Source: Raillietiella orientalis (Eukaryota). Taken from it: a stretch of 64,000 nucleotides of DNA. Shown here piece by piece: positions 61,771 through 64,000 of the stretch. Each line of letters opens with the position of its first letter. Position 1 is the stretch's first letter. The stretch lies in contig JAYWIR010000045.1 of the NCBI GenBank assembly GCA_036172245.1, positions 124,001 to 188,000 of the forward strand, written 5' to 3'. A program made the translations under genes and the position numbers. Below the pieces are notes generated by a model. That model was not told where the DNA came from. It saw only the letters and a program-made list of their open reading frames with translations, and did no database searches.

Positions 61771-63460
61771 TTTTTACCCTGGTTCTCCGGGTCATTTATT
61801 CCAGAAACAAACAAATAACGAGAACTGTGGTTGGACCATTGGACCAACCACACACAATTCAATGGAGACCTTCCGGGCCACTGGTTTGCAATTAGCGCGA
61901 ACCACCACGGCAGCAAAGGGGAGGGGACAAACAAAAAGAAAAAATAAATTAACAAAAAATAAAAATAAATACACTTTGAGGCTGAGGGAAGGGATCATTG
62001 TCAGCTGGTGGCAGTCCTGTCCATCCTCTTTAGGATGTCGGCAAGGTCTTGCTGCATGCTATTTTCCAGGCAGGACATCGCATTGCTATCCTGATGAAAA
62101 GGACGGCGAAGTGGATGGCATCCCTATCGCTGGATTCTCCCGTTGCTTTGCTTTAAGTAGCGACGATCCCGAGTAGGCAGCCCAGGGCTGCCAGCGAGGC
62201 CTCCGGCGTCGCGAACGAAGAAGGGTTTCAAAGCATCTCTGGAGTTGCCTCCGCGAGTCCCAGGGTCACGTCAAAGCGCTCTCACAGGGACCGGAGGGCA
62301 ACACAGTCCACTAGCAGGTGGGGAAGGATTCATGTTCCCCGCACCTGACACAGTTGGGGTCCACACTCCCCAGCGTCCAGTGATGCCGGTGGGCGTTGCA
62401 CGGGAGATCCCCGAGCAGCACCAACAGGACGCCGACTCCTGCCACTTCAAGGGGAGCGTGCGGATGTCCACGAGCACAGAAGACCACTTCAGATGTTCCA
62501 AAGGAACAGCCAGTAGCTCTCCCTAGCGCAAGAGTCCGTGGATGATGTCCTCGGGGTCGCAGCGTCGGTAAGCTGGCCCGTCTGCCACTCACCAGTCCTT
62601 TCTCCCTTTCGGAGATGTTCCCTTTCACAGCGCTGCGGTGAGGAAAGTTCTTCCTGCCCACGTGCTTTCTGAGATCCTCCAGGATCTCTCGGGCTGTTGC
62701 GCGCGAACAGGAACCGGCTCACCTGTTCCGTACGTTGCTCCTCGCCCGCGAACAGTTTCCTGTAACCAGGCACTACCGTTCGCAGGGCGGTAGGAGATCC
62801 ATCCCTCGTTCTCCCTTGTTAACTTGTCCACTCGCCAAAGCTGCAATCCCAGCGGCAGATGTGACGGCGACGGAGTGCAACAAAGGACGCAAGCCCCACG
62901 TTGCCGGTGGCTTGTTCGACGAGGAGGCGTGCAGGGTCGCATCAGGTGGTGCTCCAGAGCTTCGCCGCAAGGGCAAGTATCCTCAACTAGAGCTGAGGCT
63001 CCAGCCTCTCCAACGTCAGGAAGATGAGGCGGCCATCACGACGCAGAGCGCACAAGTCCTTCAATCGGACTCGGGATCTCCTTTTGCTCCAAAAAGCGAT
63101 CCTCAGGAGGTCCTTGGTCCACTTTTTTATCTACTGGATCGGGGAGCAAACAAAGGGCAGAGGGCGGAAGAAGAGGATGCTTCACACAGCGGCCCGTTCC
63201 TGCAGTTCAAACCTGCCTCCCTGGAACGGGCCTAGAGATGTCCGCTTTGAAGATGAGCTCCTGCAGCTGGACCTCCGGTTTGCTCTTGACGGTTTGCTGG
63301 AGAGGACTTCCCCCGGTCTGGTGCACGAGCAAGGTGCGCTCGTGCACTAGACCAGGAAAAAAGGTGCTTTTCCAGAAGAACTCGGGAAGATTCTCTTGGC
63401 AGTCGCAAGCCCGCATCTCCAACCGCCTCAACACCTACCCCAGAGGGAAGAGTTGAGGGG
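61771..63460 (-). mobile_element. Family A LINE, ~1.7-kb 3' part
   Basis: 'LPEFFWK...LLVHQTGG' (post-RT FxW..GG), 'LPLKWQES', 'VDPNCVRCGEHESF', 3'UTR nearly identical to 5990-6224, AATAAA, hairpin and A5 tail. Confidence 0.85.
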
Positions 63461-64000
63461 ATGACAGGGAAGAGGCTGTCGAAACGCCGGTGTGAAGTCG
63501 CAGCCTCTTCGGTCTAGAAGATGCGAGCAGCCTCGGGACACACTCGCCGATCCCATCCTCTGATTTTGTCTTCTCCTCTTCTGCTCCTGCCTCCTCCCCG
63601 AATGCGTTGAGGAAAAGCTGCGGCGCGAATTCAGGAAGCTTCTCCCACTTGTTCAGAGAGAGCGCCGCTTCTAGAAACTTCCCGTTTTTCCCACCTGGGA
63701 TTCCCTAAATAGAACAGCCACGATGACCGGCTGATGGCTTATAGCATGACCTCTGTGACATCCTCACGCTATCTGGACCTTCCGCGCTAGCTTTCCAGGT
63801 GCCCATCAGTATTAACCTTGTGGGGTCGTAACAACTTTCGAACTTGGACCAGAGAATGGTTCAAACGGAGTCAAGTTCTCTTCCTTGTCATGACCTTTCA
63901 GGGTCCATCAGCCGAGAGTTCACATCAAAACCCCACTCAAAAATGCAGCCCACACACCGCAATCCTACTCATGCCAGAAGGACGTTTCAAAGTCCTCTAG

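Overview
This is eukaryotic DNA, most likely arthropod, and it is gene-poor and dense in transposon relics. I find no prokaryotic operon, CRISPR array, rRNA gene or complete tRNA gene. The one clearly intact gene is a 4-exon rhodopsin-family neuropeptide GPCR of the Capa/pyrokinin (PRXamide, neuromedin-U-like) receptor group on the + strand. Its coding exons are 24642-24897, 39329-39419, 39737-40185 and 40696-41066 (about 388 aa, GT-AG introns with matching phases, 14.4-kb first intron). The rest is mostly decayed non-LTR retrotransposons: many L1/Tx1-like copies, often nested and in some cases with visible target-site duplications, and NeSL/Utopia-like elements with a restriction-like endonuclease and probable Ulp1-like protease relics. 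There is also an inverted pair of MITE-like copies and heavily decayed host-gene relics (C2H2 zinc-finger arrays, trypsin, SRCR, EGF and PHD-like). The two most interesting signals are (i) a two-hairpin 3'-terminal RNA signal with fixed spacing around AATAAA, shared by nine divergent LINE ends, with sequence-divergent but still complementary stems, and (ii) a ~700-bp module that follows the ORF2 zinc knuckle in three separate LINE copies, may be a decayed extra ORF, and ends in an antisense B-box-like motif. All assignments come from reading motifs by eye, and element boundaries are approximate unless a TSD or splice site is cited.
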